From Eledone cirrhosa (Eukaryota): a DNA stretch of 64,000 bases. The translations under genes and the position numbers were made by a program. Below the pieces are notes generated by a model. That model had not been told where the DNA came from. It was given only the letters and a program-made list of their open reading frames with translations, and ran no database searches. Positions 39,691 through 54,150 of this stretch are shown in pieces. Every line of letters starts with the position of its first letter. Positions within the stretch are counted from its first letter, which is position 1. The DNA is taken from positions 2,790,001-2,854,000 of the forward strand of contig OZ024766.1 in assembly GCA_964016885.1 (NCBI GenBank), given 5' to 3'.

Positions 39691-40729
39691 TGAAGGAAGC
39701 TTGCTTTCTTTCTGCCTCACTATTTGTATAATGGATTATATATAATATATATATACACACAGACACACACACATACATATATATAAACATCATCGACGTT
39801 TAACGTCCATTTCTCCATGTTAACATGGGTTAAACGAGCTGTCCCGTTTTGTAGCAAGTCAGATCAGATGACCGTCTCTTGTTTATACACAACTATCTCT
39901 GGGTTGGTTTCTACGGCTAGATACCCATCCAAACGCCAACCATGTTTACAGTGTGGAGTTGCTCTTTTCTAAGCAACAAAATGATCGCTATACAGTGTAG
40001 ACAGGCCACTTTTTCTTATGTCACCAACACCACCACTTTACAGGGTGGACTGGATGCATTTGTCATGTCACCAACACTTTAGCGTGTAGACTGGGCACTT
40101 TTCATCATGTCACCAACACCAGCACTTTACAGGGTTGACTGAGAGCTTCAGTCATTTCAGCAGCATTGTGGGAGAGTGTTTATCTTCCCATGTTTGGTCT
40201 AGAGAGGTGCCTCAGATGTGTAAATTGTGGTTGCATGTCTGTTGGGTGGGTACCTAGCTGGTGAAGGGTGGAGTATTAAGTCGTGGGTGAAAGATGGAGT
40301 GTTAAGATATGGGAGGTGTATGGAAGTGGGTAGTCCATGCTAGAAAGCTCTAGATATTGCTTCCTTTAATACACATGGAAAGGCAGGCCTTCTGAAGTAC
40401 AGCATAATGCCAGAGATCTCAATCCTATGTCATACACATCACACATCCATACCACTACAATCTCTTCTCCTGTACATTGCATCTGATCACTCATATGTCC
40501 AGTTTCTCTCTCAGTTCAATTACACTTTGCCATTCATACATAATATTATTACACATCCATCGGAGCAAGTTGAAATGACTGCCTTGACAAATTCCTCAAA
40601 TATAAATCTTTTATTGACAAAACAGGGATTGAAATTTAAGACATTAATACAATTTATAGAATGGTTTATGAAAAACAAATCAACACAAAGAGAAAAAGAA
40701 AAAGAAGAAAAGATTCACATACTCCTTTA

Positions 40730-41179
40730 ATTATACACTACAGGGAATGTGGGTGAGGCCCTAATATTTCTTGAGGCCAGTTACAGCATTATGTCATGGG
40801 ATAGAGGGTCCCTCAATTACACACTACAACAGGGAATGTGGGTGTTGCCCTCTAAATATTTCTTGAGGCCAGTTACAGCATTATGTCATGGGACAGAGGG
40901 TCCCTCAATTACACACTACAACAGGGAATGTGGGTGTTGCCCTCTAAATATTTCTTGAGGCCAGTTACAGCATTATGTCATGGGACAGAGGGTCCCTCAA
41001 TTATACTCTACAACAGGGACTGTGTGTGTTGCCCTGTAAATATTTCTTGAGGCCAGTTACAGCATTATGTCATGGGATAGAGGGTCCATCAATTATACAC
41101 TAAAGCAGGGAATGTGGGTGTTGCCCTCTAAATATTTCTTGAGGTCAGTTACAGCATTAAGTTAGGGATAAAGGGTCCC
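40730..41179. repeat. 92-bp VNTR, ~5 copies
   Basis: Same unit as 4135-5975. Confidence 0.9.
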
Positions 41180-41384
41180 TTAACCCTTTAGCATTCACAT
41201 TACTCTATATATACTATTATATTTTCATGGTAAAGGCTTTATCTCACATAATATCGAATCTATGAGATTTTGAAAGTATTTATTTTGAGAACAATACCTT
41301 AACATCAGTTTGAGCAACCAGTTACAGCCAGTTTCAACAGAAAGAAGTAGAGAATTCTGGCCGGTTTGAACATTAAAGGGTTAA
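41180..41384. mobile_element. piggyBac-type MITE
   Basis: TTAA CCCTTT...AAAGGG TTAA. Confidence 0.85.
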
Positions 41385-43347
41385 CTATACACTACAACAG
41401 GGAATGTGGGTGTTGCCAAAAAATAAATTTAAGAAGACAACTATCAGACATGAGAATGACTTTAATCTCATTTAAAAATAAAATTAAAAAAATGGAAAGC
41501 AATATTTAGCAAGCTATAGAAATACTAAGGGTTTCCTTGTGATGTTAGTTGACAATAAGTTTATATTTGTAAGATGAAGGATGTGTCACATTGTCAAGTT
41601 AAAAGGTTTGTGTTTGTTTTTCTCTGTTTATGTTACTGATATAGTTTTTCACCAGTGTCATCGTTTGTGCTTAGTTAAAGATAAGTTACTGCCAAAATAT
41701 TCCCCACATGTTAAATAATGGAAATGTTTCTCTCCAGTGTGGTCTTTTGTGTTTATTCAAATTAGTGTTACTTCCAAAATATTCCCCACATGTTAAACAG
41801 TGGCCTCTCTCCTATGTTCTATGTTTCACAACGAAAGGGTTTCTCTCCAGAGCCTGATAATTTGTAAACCGTTAACTGATCTCTTACCCTGTTGCTCAAG
41901 TTTGTAGAAATAGCAGCCAAATTGCTCTACATTACTAGGTCAATGGAAGGACACATAAATACATATATATATAAAAGTTTACATATATATATACATACAC
42001 ATACATATACGTGTTTTGCAACTGGTCACTTTTTGGCTCAATGAAAAATTAATAAATTAAACAATCAGAGCTATATATCATAAAACATGTCTATAGAATC
42101 ACAAGATAAAATATATACTATTTCCTCTCCCAATTAGCATAATTAACTATATAAAAAATCGAATAGACCAGGCTATACGAATGAGGCTTCTATGAAGGAA
42201 TCTCCGACAAAAAACCAAAACTAGCGCTTTGCGTCGGCCGTAGCGGAGTATTTATCGAATACTTCAACAGCGTAATCGCCTAGATATAGTCAACTAAGCA
42301 GAATTAGGTTTAAAATAAACTAGGAGAAAATAGAATACATTTAAATACCTGAAGTATTTAAATGTATTCGACGATGCTTCAAGCAAACTACCCACACCAC
42401 ATGTCTGTCGTGTGTGACCCCCATTTTGAATTCATGCAGGATGTTTAAACTATCATATAATAGACATCAGACTGCCAGGTCTGACATACTCTATTCTCCC
42501 TTCTCACCTTTTCTACACCTCGGTGTCATCAATCTTTGTCTGTACATGGTACTAGTCTATATTATTCTCTTGTTTTACTATATCACTCCTATCTATATTT
42601 TATTCCCCTTTGACTAAGCCATCACACAGTTCTCTCCCTTCTTTGTCAGTTGACACACTTACGATGCCTTTGCTACTATATCTGTGTAATTCACCTAAAG
42701 GTATAACTTGCTCTACCTGTTTTGTTAAATCCTAATGTGCTGTGGAATGTACGGTTTCAACCTTAATGAACCGAAACCTTAGTGATTTCCATCGGTTAGC
42801 TGATGAGATGTGACTGTGTCTTTCTTTTGTTTTTTCCATTGTCTTTGTCAGGTGCATCCCTTATTTTGAAAAATATATATATATATATATATATGTAGAT
42901 AAATCTACCAAAAGTTTACGGTAGTGTCCAATTCTAACACATATATGAACTAGAAACGATCGTAAAATAATGAACTTTTTTTTTTTTTTTGTTTAATATA
43001 AGGAACTGTTTCTCTGTTTTATTCATTATTTTTTAAATATTTTATATATATATATATATAAATGTATGTGTATGTGTAAAATTAAAAACCATATGTGGGT
43101 GAGAACACAGAGGATACAAACACAAGAACAATTCCCCCTCATCAGCTGTCTTCTGTGGATCACTATAGATTTGAATGCATTAAATCTTGTATTAAAAATA
43201 CAACGATATCAAATAATCTCACCAATGTAAGATATAGTTATAGTGTTTGATGGTTGTTATTAAAGTGTAATATCTTCTTTCATATGTAGATATATTTATG
43301 GTTAAAAAGACAATAGTTTCATACAATGATTTTTGACACTGATGCTA

Positions 43348-44967
43348 TTACACTTCTGTATGAACAGATACATGTCTAGTTAATTTACTTTTTTGAGAGA
43401 ATGATTCACCACAAATATCACACTGATGAGGTTTCTCTCCTGTATGTATATATTTGTGTCTACGTAAGCCAGTTGAATCAGAAAATGATTTACCACAGAT
43501 ATCACACTGATGAGGTTTCTCTCCTGTATGAATATACATGTGTCTAGATAAGCTACTTGAAAGTGTAAATGATTTACCACAGATATCACAGTGATGAGGC
43601 TTCTCTCCTGTATGACTATGTTTGTGCATATTTAAATGACCTAACTGAGAGAATGATTTACCACAGATATCACAGGGATAAGGTTTCTCTCCTGTATGAC
43701 TACGTTTGTGTATAGTTAAGGCACTTGTACAAGAGAATGATTTACCACAGACATCACAGTGATAAGGTATCTCTCCTGTATGAATACCCTTGTGTTTGGT
43801 TACGTCACTTGTATGAGAGAATGATTTATCACAGACATCATAGTGATAAGGTTTCTCTCCTGTATGAATACGCTTGTGTTTGGTTACGTCACTTGTAGAA
43901 GAGAATGATTTACCACAGATATCACAGGGATAAGGCCTCTCTCCTGTATGACTACGTTTGTGCACAGTTAAATGACCTAGCTGAGAGAATGATTTACCAC
44001 AGATATCACAGGGATAAGGCTTCTCTCCTGTATGACTACGTTTGTGCAAAGTTAAATGACCTAACTGAGAGAATGATTTACCACAGATATCACAGGGATA
44101 AGGCTTCTCTCCTGTATGACTACGTCTGTGAATAGTCAAATGACCTAACTGAGAGAATGATTTACCACAGATATCACAGGGATAAGGTTTCTCTCCTGTA
44201 TGACTACGTTTGTGTATAGTTAAGGGACTTGTACCAGAGAATGATTTACCACAGACATCACAGTGATAAGGTATCTCTCCTGTATGAATACCCTTGTGTT
44301 TGGTTACGTCACTTTTATGAGAGAATGATTTACCACAGATATCACAGTGATAAGGTTTCTCTCCTGTATGAATACACTTGTGTTTGGTTAAGTCACTTTT
44401 ATGAGAGAATGATTTACCACAGATATCACAGTGATAAGATTTCTCTCCTGTATGAATACGCTTGTGTTTGGTTACGTCACTTTTATGAGAGAATGATTTA
44501 CCACAGATATCACAGGGATAAGGTTTCTCTCCTGTATGACTACGTTTGTGTATAGTTACATAACTTTTAAGAGAGAATGATTTACCACAGATATCACAGG
44601 GATAAGGTTTCTCTCCTGTATGACTACGTTTGTGTATAGTTAAAGCACTTGTACAAGAGAACGATTTACCACAGATATCACAGTGATGAGGCTTCTCTCC
44701 TGTATGACTATATTTGTGTATTGTTAAATGACCTAACTGAGAGAATGATTTATCACAGATATCACAGGGATAAGGCTTCTCTCCTGTATGACTACGTTTG
44801 TGTCTAGTTACAACACTTATACAGGAGAATGATTTACCACATATATCACAGTGATGAGGTCTCTGTCCTGTATGAATACGCTTGTGTTTGGTTATGTCAC
44901 TTGTACGAGAGAATGATTTACCACAGATATCACAGCAGTATGATGATTTTCCTTCCTCTTCTGACAT
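43348..44967 (-). CDS. C2H2 zinc-finger protein (gene 6), 19 fingers (one with C->Y)
   Basis: Intact ORF; ATG at 44967; acceptor at 45361-45362. Confidence 0.93.
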   Translation of the reverse strand: MSEEEGKSSYCCDICGKSFSRTSDITKHKRIHTGQRPHHCDICGKSFSCISVVTRHKRSHTGEKPYPCDICDKSFSQLGHLTIHKYSHTGEKPHHCDICGKSFSCTSALTIHKRSHTGEKPYPCDICGKSFSLKSYVTIHKRSHTGEKPYPCDICGKSFSHKSDVTKHKRIHTGEKSYHCDICGKSFSHKSDLTKHKCIHTGEKPYHCDICGKSFSHKSDVTKHKGIHTGEIPYHCDVCGKSFSGTSPLTIHKRSHTGEKPYPCDICGKSFSQLGHLTIHRRSHTGEKPYPCDICGKSFSQLGHLTLHKRSHTGEKPYPCDICGKSFSQLGHLTVHKRSHTGERPYPCDICGKSFSSTSDVTKHKRIHTGEKPYHYDVCDKSFSHTSDVTKHKGIHTGEIPYHCDVCGKSFSCTSALTIHKRSHTGEKPYPCDICGKSFSQLGHLNMHKHSHTGEKPHHCDICGKSFTLSSSLSRHMYIHTGEKPHQCDICGKSFSDSTGLRRHKYIHTGEKPHQCDICGESFSQKSKLTRHVSVHTEV

Positions 44968-45679
44968 CTCTTCAGGAAAAAATATCAATCTTTTAAGTCT
45001 CTTCCTAGAATTTTTTCTCTCAACACAATATATTGATATTTTTGTTTTTACAGTTTATTCCCAACAAATATTTCCTCTGTTAAATCTCCATCAGCTGTGC
45101 TCTTTGTTGACAAATTCCTTTGTAAATTTTTGCAACTTTAATAAGAATGCAGAATCTTTTTGTACACTTTCCAGATAGGAAGAAGAGAAGTCTTTCCATC
45201 AACCTCAGTTTAGAAGAAATATTTCACTGTAATTCACCAAATGTTGATATACAAAGACTTATATGAATAGTGTGTAAAATCTTGTGTTAGTCTTTTAAAC
45301 AATGATATTGATGTTGTATCTGAAGTTAAAATTTCTCTTCTGTCAATGTCATGTGATATTCTGAAATAACAGAGAAACAAAATAAGATATAGAGGAGAGG
45401 ATATTAAAATGTTGTGATTCAACAATGGAAATTTTACCTTTCTTTAATGATAAATAGTCAACATCATCATCGTTTAACATCCATCTTCCACACTAGTGTA
45501 AAATATATATAATGAAAATAAAAATGATTGTGTACAGTGCTCAGGTGCACTACAACTGATAGAATTATGTACAAATGTCAGGAAAATTAACAGTGTACGA
45601 GTCCTGATAAACACACATGTGTTCGTGTGTGTGTATGGACGGGGAATATCAGGTGCAAGTGATGGAAAATTTGGGGAAG

Positions 45680-46290
45680 CATGGAAGTTTTGAAGGATAC
45701 ATCAGTGATTCGGATAATGTCTTCAGGAAAGTCTATGAGTTGAACACAGTCGCTGGAGTTAGGGGTAAATCCAAATTGCGTGGGTCGGATAAGGCTGTGA
45801 GAGTTCCAGAGTGGTTCTCTCACATAGGACTCCATCAGTTTGGCGATGCAGCTAGTTAGATTGACTGGACAATAGTTAAGAGGTGACATGCGATCACCCT
45901 TCTTGAACAAAGGAATGGCACTGGCAGTTTTCCACTGCTCAGAGGTAACTCCGTTGTTAAGGCAGAATTGAAAGAAGATTGAAAGCTGGTGCAGAAAAAA
46001 GTAACCACCATGTCTGAGAAGCAGGTACGTAACATAATTACGACCAGGAGAAGGATAGTTGAACTTATTCTTATGGTGGCATCATAGGTGTAAATTCTAT
46101 ACTTGTTATAGAATTTGATGTCAGAGGTGGTGGAGATGGTACATTTTAATTATTAGTAGTCCAGCCTGTGTGGGGATTGCAAAGAGGACTTATTAGAGAG
46201 TGAGGTCTCTTCTTTGAATATACATATTTCCAGATCACTTTGCTGTCAGGGTTTTTCACAGTATTAAAATCTTATTATGTAGAAACACCA
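45680..46290 (-). mobile_element. Degenerate LINE ORF2 fragment
   Basis: FKKGDRMSPLNYCPVNLTS motif. Confidence 0.8.
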
Positions 46291-46559
46291 ATAAAGAGAG
46301 ACATGCGAAGAAAAATTGCCATCAGAGAAACCTCCAAGAGTCCCATCTGCTCCATTTTCTAAAAGAATGAGTGGTTTCTGACTGATTTTGAGCTCAGATT
46401 TGTCGAGAACACGGAGATAAAATTTCGGCGGAAAATAAACAATTTCCCTTCGAACGACTGAGGTGTTAGGGTTATAATACAAGATTGTGAACAACATGAT
46501 TTATTAGACTGAGGTTATTTAAATAATTAAGACAGACATTTCAAGGTATTAGTATAGAA

Positions 46560-46722
46560 GATTGGCAGTATCAGTAGAGCGTCAGACACCAAGCTTTGCC
46601 GCATAGAATTATGTCCCATAAGGTCAACTTTGCCTTTCATCCTTACAGGGTCGATAAAATAAAGTACCAGTAATACACCGAGGTTGTGGCTGGCCTTGTG
46701 CCAAAAGTAGAAACAATTATTA
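46560..46722 (+). mobile_element. tRNA-derived SINE, B-box region deleted
   Basis: Homologous to 7288-7475 with an internal deletion. Confidence 0.7.
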
Positions 46723-47552
46723 TAGAAGTACACCCTACTTTGATATCAGTGGGGGAAAACATTTTCCCTGTTTCTTTTTTTCGTGTGCTATCAACCAATC
46801 TGACCTCCAAGGGGCTCGCAATTGACATTTATCCAGCAAGATTGAAATGTTGGGAAGGGCTACCTCCCGCTTCTCGGAGTTTACCCAACCATTTTTCTTT
46901 CAGAGTGTTATTAACGAATCTCACTTCCCAACAAGTAGGAAATGACTAGATTTATAGAAAAACTAGGGTGAAAGGGAGTCAAAAGACGATCGGAGGTTCA
47001 CAGATCTACACCCACCTCGCCTTTCGTGGGGAAAAATTAAGTCTTTTTATCTTGTGCTGTCAACTAATCTGACCCCCAAGGTGCTCCCAATCATCTTTTT
47101 CTCCCGGGTTAGGGTTTCTGTTCTCCAAATAAAAATCGATTGCCAGAATCTTGGAAGTTAGATTAGTTGATAGCACACGAAATAACCGAGGAAAGAAATT
47201 ATTTTCCCACTGAAATGGAGGGGTATGTTGTATAAATTGACCTAAACTACACATTATAATACAAGGTAGTGAACAACATGATTAAATAGACGGAGGTAAC
47301 TTAAATAATAAAGACACTCATAATAACAATCTATTTTATATCACATGTAACAGTAGAATCTAGCTATTGTAAAATAAGACAACATTTCAGCCTAGAAGTA
47401 TTTTCCTGTATATAAAAGTGACGAGGAAGAAATATGTCCAAAGTTGTTAAATATTTTCACTTGTATATAATTACTGTATCGTTGAAAGGTTCACATAATT
47501 CTATTATTTACACACATTATTATAGACTTCAAGTAAATCTTTCTCAACTTAC

Positions 47553-47730
47553 CCTCTTCACATGTAATCAATGTGTTGTCTTCATATATTTTATTAAACA
47601 AAGAAATAATCTCCTTGTTGTTGTTGAATAAGAATTTCCAAAGATTTCATCAGCTTTTCTTTGTCCGCCATTAACGTTGGTGTATCTTCTTATTCTTTAG
47701 CCACAGATTCGTATCTTGTCACGATGAAGT
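47553..47730 (-). promoter_or_regulatory. Putative exon 1/promoter of gene 6 (donor at 47552, uORF ATG at 47671)
   Basis: Conserved donor and AATGGCGG motif. Confidence 0.65.
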
Positions 47731-48669
47731 AGTTAAGCTAGCTTTCTTTCTTTCTCCCTTATTATTTGTATACTTGAATATATATATATACATGTCAATA
47801 TCATCATCATCATCATCATCGCCGTTAACGTACATTCTCCCATGTTAACATGGGTTAAACAAGCTGTCCCGTTTTGTGGCAAGTCAGATCAGATGACCGT
47901 CTCTTGTTTATACAGAACTATCTCGGGTTGGTTTCTACGGCTGGATACCCATCCAAACGCCAACCATGTTTTGAATGTGGAGTTGCTCTTTTCTAAGCAA
48001 CAAAATGATCGCTATACAGTGTAGACAGGCCACTTTTTCTTATGTCACCAACACCACCACTTTACAGGGTTGACTGAGAGCTTCAGTCATTTCAGCAACA
48101 TTGTGGGAGAGTGTTTATCTTCCCATGTTTGTATACATTGGTTGGTCTAGAGAGGTGCCTCAGATGTGTAAAGTGTGGTTGCATGTCTGTTGGGTAGGGT
48201 ACTTAGCTGCTGAAGGGTGGAGTGTTAAGTCGTGGGTGAAAGATGGAGTGTTAAGATATGGGAGGTGTATGGAAGTGGGTGGTCCATACTAGTAAGCTCT
48301 AGATATTGCTTCCTCTAATACACATGGAAAGGCAGGTCTTCTGAAGTACAGCATAATGCCAGAGATTTCAATCCTATGTCATACACATCACACATCCATA
48401 CCACTACAATCTCTTCTCCTGTACATTGCATCTGACCACTCATATGTCCAGTTTCTCTCTCAGTTCAATTACACTTTGCCATTCATACATAATACATCCA
48501 TCGGAACAAGTTGAAATGACTGACTTGACAAATTCCTCAAATATAAATCTTTTATTGACAAAACAGGGATTGAAATTTAAGACATTAATACAATTTATAG
48601 AATGGTTTATGAAAAACAAATCAACACAAAGAGAAAAAGAAAAAGAAGAAAAGATTCACATACTCCTTT

Positions 48670-49031
48670 AATTATACACTACAGGGAATGTGGGTGTTGC
48701 CCTCTAAATATTTCTTGAGGCCAGTTACAGCATTATGTCATGGGATAGAGGGTCCCTCAATTACACACTCCAACAGGGAATGTGGGTGTTGCCCTCTAAA
48801 TATTTCTTGAGGCCAGTTACAGCATTATGTCATGGGATAGAGGGTCCCTCAATTACACACTCCAACAGGGAATGTGGGTGTTGCCCTCTAAATATTTCTT
48901 GAGGCCAGTTACAGCATTATGTCATGGGATAGAAGGTCCCTCAATTACACACTACAACAGGGAATGTGGGTGTTGCCCTCTAAATATTTCTTGAGGTCAG
49001 TTACAGCATTAAGTTAGGGATAAAGGGCCCC
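48670..49031. repeat. 92-bp VNTR, ~4 copies
   Basis: Same unit as 4135-5975. Confidence 0.9.
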
Positions 49032-49236
49032 TTAACCCTTTAGCATTCACATTACTCTATATATACTATTATATTTTCATGGTAAAGGCTTTATCTCACA
49101 TAATATCGAATCAATGAGATTTTGAAAGTATTTATTTTGCGAATAATACCTTAACATCAGTTTGAGCAACCAGTTACAGCCAGTTTCAACAGAAAGAGGT
49201 AGAGATTTCTGGCCAGTTTGAACATTAAAGGGTTAA
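49032..49236. mobile_element. piggyBac-type MITE
   Basis: TTAA CCCTTT...AAAGGG TTAA. Confidence 0.85.
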
Positions 49237-50803
49237 CTATACATTACAACAGGGAATGTGGGTGTTGCCAAAAAATAAATTTAAGAAGACAACTATCAGA
49301 CATGAGAATGACTTTAATCCCATTTAAAAATAAAATAATAAAAATGGGAAGCAATATTTAGCAAGCTGTAGAAATACTAAGGGTTTCCTTGTGATTTTAG
49401 TTGACAATAAGTTTATATTTGTAAGATGGACATGTCACATTGTCAAGTTAAAAGGTTTGTTTTTCTCTGTTTAAGTTAATGATATAGTTTTTCACCAGTG
49501 TCATCGTTTGTGCTTAGTTTAAGATAAGTTACTGCCAAAATATTCCCATTAAACAATGGTAATATTTCTCTCCAGTGTGGTCTTTTGTGTTTATTCAAAT
49601 TACTGTTACTTCCAAAATATTCCCCACATGTTACACAGTGGCCTCTCTCCAGTGTGTGTTCTTTGTTTATTTAAATGACTCCTTACAACAAAAGATTTTA
49701 TGTTTCACAACAAAAGGGTTTCTCTCCAGAGCCTGATAATTTGTAAACCATTAACTGATCTCTTACCCAGTTGCTCAACTTTGTAGAAATAGCAGCCAAA
49801 TTGCTCAACATTACTAGGTCAATGGAAGGACACACAGACACATATATAGTCATATTTCCTTTCCTTTTATTTTCTTTATCCTACTTTTCCTTTTAACCTA
49901 ACCCTCCTCAATTAGTTTCCATCTTGTTACCTTGATAATTCTAACCCACTCTCAATGTATGGCTTTTAAACACACATACCCACTTTTCATTTTCATATTC
50001 CACAAGGCTTCAAACTACCACACCACATATGTCTGTCCTGTGTGACCCCTATTTTGAATTCATGCAGGATTTTTAAACTATCATATAATAGACATCACAC
50101 CGCCTGGTCTGACATACTCTATTCTCCCTTCTCACCTTTTCTACACCTCAGTGTCAGTAATCTTTGTCTGTACATGGTACTAAAGTCTATATTATTCTCT
50201 TGTTTTACTATTTCACTCCTATCTATATTTTATTCCCCTTTGACTAGGCCATCACACAGTTCTCTTCCTTCTTTGTCAGTTGACACACTTACAATGCCTT
50301 TTCTACTATATCTGTGTAATTCACCTAAAGGTATAACTTGCTCTACCTTTTTTGTTAAATCCTAATGTGCTGTGGAATGTATGGTTTCAACCTTAATGAC
50401 CGAAACCTTAGTGATTTCCATAGGTTAGCTGATGAGATGGGACTGTGTCTTTCTTTTGTTTTTTCCATTGTCTTTGTCAGGTGCATCCCTTATTTTGAAA
50501 AATATATATATATATAAATGTATGTGTGTGTGTAAAATTAAAAACCATACGTGGGTGAGAACACAGAGGTGACAAACACAAGTACAATTACCCCTCATCA
50601 GCTGTCTTCTGTGGATCACTATAGTCTTGAATGCATTAAATCTTGTATTAAAAATGCAACGATATCAAATTATCTCACCAATGTAAGATATAGTTATAGT
50701 GTTTGATGGTTGTTATTAAAGTGTAATATCTTCTTTCATATGTAGATATATTTATGGTTAAAAAGACAAGAGTTTCATACAATGATTTTTGACACTGATA
50801 CTG

Positions 50804-51292
50804 TTACACTTCTGTATGAACAGATACATGTCTAGTTAATCTACTTTTTTGAGAGAATGATTCACCACGATATCACACTGATGAGTTTTCTCTCCTGTAT
50901 GAATATATTTGTGTCTACGTAAGCCACTTGAATCAGAAAATGATTTACCACAGAGATCACACTGATGAGGTTTTCCTCCGGTGTGAATATATTTGTGACT
51001 ACTTAAGCCACTTGACTCTGAAAATGATTTAGCACAGATATCACATTGAGGAAGTTTCTTTCCGGTATGAATATATTTGTGTTTGGTTACCTCACTTTTA
51101 TATGAGAATGATTTACCATAGATAACACAGTGATAAGATTTATCTCCAGTATGACTACATTTGTGTATTGTTAAAGTACGTACCCGAGAGAATGATTTAC
51201 CACAGATATCACAGTGATGAGTTTTCTCTCCTGTATGACTAAGTTTGTGCTTGGTTACGTCACTTGTATGAGCAAATGATTTACCACAGATA
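50804..51292 (-). pseudogene. Out-of-frame tail of gene 7 (~6 fingers with extra lesions)
   Basis: Follows the shared 2-bp deletion at ~51310; additional 1-bp deletion near 50869; ancestral stop at 50804. Confidence 0.85.
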
Positions 51293-52924
51293 TCACAGTG
51301 ATGAGGCTTCTCCTGTATGACTATGTTTGTGCATAGTTAAATGACCTAACTGAGAGAATGATTTATCACAGACATCACAGTGATAAGGTTTCTCTCCTGT
51401 ATGACTACGTTTGTGTATATTTAAGGCACTTGTACGAGAGAACGATTTATTACAGAAATCACAGTGATAAGGTTTCTCTCCTGTATGAATACGCTTGTGT
51501 TTGGTTACGTCACTTGTATGAGAAAATGATTTACCACAGATATCACAGTGATAAGGTTTCTCTCCTGTATGACTTCGTTTGTGCTTGGTTACGTCACTTG
51601 TAGAAGAGAATGATTTACCACAGATATCACAGGGATAAGGCTTCTCTCCTGTATGACTACGTTTGTGCAAAGTTAAATGACCTAACTGAGAGAATGATTT
51701 ACCACAGATATCACAGGGATAAGGCTTCTCTCCTGTATGACTACGTTTGTGCAAAGTTAAATGACCTAACTGAGAGAATGATTTACCACAGATATCACAG
51801 GGATAAGGCTTCTCTCCTGTATGAATACGTTTGTGAATTGTTAAATGACATAACTGAGAGAATGATTTACCACAGATATCACAGGGATAAGGTTTCTCTC
51901 CTGTATGACTACGTTTGTGTACATTTAAGGGATTTGTACCACAGAATGATTTACCACAGATATCACAGGGATAAGGTTTCTCTCCTGTATGACTACGTTT
52001 GTGTGCAGTTAAGGGACTTGCACCAGAGAATGATTTACCACAGATATCACACTGATAAGGTATCTCTCCTGTATGAATACCCTTGTGTTTGGTTAAGTCA
52101 CTTTTATGAGAGAATGATTTACCACAGAAAGCACAGTGATAAGGTTTCTCTCCTGTATGAATACACTTGTGTTTGGTTAAGTCACTTTTATGAGAGAATG
52201 ATTTACCACAGATATCACAGGGATAAGGTTTCTCTCCTGTATGAATACGTTTGTGTATAGTTACATCACCTTTAAGAGAGAATGATTTACCACAGATATC
52301 ACAGGGATAAGGTTTCTCTCCTGTATGACTACGTTTGTGTATAGTTAAGGCACTTGTACAAGAGAATGATTTACCACAGACATCACAGGCATAAGGTTTC
52401 TCTCCTGTATGAGTACGTTTGTGTATAGTTATGGCACTTGTACAAGAGAATGATTTACCACAGATATCACAGGGATAAGGTTTCTCTCCTGTATGACTAC
52501 GTTTGTGTATAGTTATATCACTTGTACGAGAGAATGATTTACCACAGATATCACAGGGATAAGGTTTCTCTCCTGTATGACTACGTTTGTGTATAGTTAA
52601 GGCACTTGTACAAGAGAATGATTTACCACAGATATCACAGTGATGAGGCTTCTCTCCAGTATGACTATATTTGTGTATTGTTAAATGACCTAACTGAGAG
52701 AATGATTTATCACAGATATCACAGGAATAAGGCTTCTCTCCTGTATGACTACGTTTGTGTCTAGTTACAACACTTATACAGGAGAATGATTTACCACATA
52801 TATCACAGTGATGAGGTTTCTCTCCTGTATGACTACGCTTGTGTTTGGTTATGTCACCTGTACGAGAGAATGATTTACCACAGATATCACAGCAGTATGA
52901 TGATTTTCCTTCCTCTTCTGACAT
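51293..52924 (-). CDS. C2H2 zinc-finger protein (gene 7), 19 fingers, truncated by frameshift (ends HTGEASSL*)
   Basis: Long intact ORF; first ATG at 52924; acceptor at 53318-53319. Confidence 0.8.
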   Translation of the reverse strand: MSEEEGKSSYCCDICGKSFSRTGDITKHKRSHTGEKPHHCDICGKSFSCISVVTRHKRSHTGEKPYSCDICDKSFSQLGHLTIHKYSHTGEKPHHCDICGKSFSCTSALTIHKRSHTGEKPYPCDICGKSFSRTSDITIHKRSHTGEKPYPCDICGKSFSCTSAITIHKRTHTGEKPYACDVCGKSFSCTSALTIHKRSHTGEKPYPCDICGKSFSLKGDVTIHKRIHTGEKPYPCDICGKSFSHKSDLTKHKCIHTGEKPYHCAFCGKSFSHKSDLTKHKGIHTGEIPYQCDICGKSFSGASPLTAHKRSHTGEKPYPCDICGKSFCGTNPLNVHKRSHTGEKPYPCDICGKSFSQLCHLTIHKRIHTGEKPYPCDICGKSFSQLGHLTLHKRSHTGEKPYPCDICGKSFSQLGHLTLHKRSHTGEKPYPCDICGKSFSSTSDVTKHKRSHTGEKPYHCDICGKSFSHTSDVTKHKRIHTGEKPYHCDFCNKSFSRTSALNIHKRSHTGEKPYHCDVCDKSFSQLGHLTMHKHSHTGEASSL

Positions 52925-53639
52925 CTCTTCAGGAAAAAATATCAATCTTTTAAGTCTCTTCCTAGAATTTTTTCTCTCAACGCAATATATTGATATTTTT
53001 GTTTTTACAGTATATTCCAAACAAATATTTCCTCTGTTAAATCTCCATCAGCTGTGCTCTTTGTTGACAAATTCTTTTGTAAATTTTTGCAACTTTACTA
53101 AGAATGCAGAATCTTCTTGTACACTTTCCAGATAGGAAGAAGAGAAATCCTTCCATCAACCTCAGTTTGGAAGAAATATTTCACTGTAATTCACCAAATG
53201 TTGATATACAAAGACTTATATGAATAGTGTGTAAAATCTTGTGTTAGTCTTTTAAACAATGATATTGATGTTGTATCTGAAGTTAAAATTTATCTTCTGT
53301 CAATGTCATGTGATATTCTGAAATAACAGAGAAACAAAATAAGATATAGAGGAGAAGATATTAAAATGTTGTGATTCAACAATGGAAATTTTACCTTTCT
53401 TTAATGATAAATAGTCAACATCATCATCGTTTAACATCCATCTTCCACACTCGTGTAAAATATATATAATAAAAATAAAAATGATTGTGTACAGTGCTCA
53501 GGTGCACTACAACTGATAGAATTATGTACAAATGTCAGGAAAATTAACAGTGTACGAGTCCTGATAAACACACACGTGTTCGTGTGTGTATATGGACGGG
53601 GAATATCAGGTGCAAGTGATGGAAAATTTGGGGAAGCAT

Positions 53640-54150
53640 GGAAGTGTTGAAGGATGCATCAGTGATTCGGGTAATGACTTCAGGAAAGTCTATGAGTTGA
53701 TCACAGTCGCTGGAGTTAGGGGTAAATCCAAATTGTGTGGGTCGGAGTTCCAGTGTCATGAGATGGTTTTCTCAAAGCTGTATACCAGCCATCTCTATGG
53801 GTGGGTCTGTCTGTGTGTCTGTGGGACAGCCTCTCTCTGTCTATGTGTATGTGTATCTATCTGTGTCTCCTCACCTCTGTCTGTCTCTCTATGTGTGTAT
53901 GACTATCTGTCTGTGTGTGTATATTTGTACGTGTGTCTCTGTCAGTCAGTATTTGTGTGTGTTTGTGTGACTACGTCTGTGTGTGTGAGTCTGTTTCTCA
54001 GTATGTGTGTGTCTGTATGTCTGTCTCTATGTAACTGTGTATGTCCAGCGCTCCCTCAGTTTGGTGATGCAGCTAGTTAGATTGACTGGACAGTAGTTGA
54101 CAGGTGACGTGAGATCAACCTTTTGGAACAAAGGAATGACACTGGCAGTT
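53640..54150 (-). mobile_element. LINE ORF2 fragment interrupted by (TG/TC)-rich low-complexity DNA
   Basis: RPTQFGFTPNSSDCDQL on one side and divergent RT-start sequence on the other. Confidence 0.7.

Noticed and set aside
51610-52260. Long plus-strand ORFs (MIYHRYH..., also 12036, 18843, 35956, 59748)
   Set aside because: Antisense shadows of the 84-bp finger repeat with no independent coding signal.
52925-53020. N-terminal extensions from the ORF track (MIFFPEE..., MEYTVK...)
   Set aside because: They start at TTG. The first ATG is MSEE, and the longer extension in gene 7 results from loss of one upstream stop.
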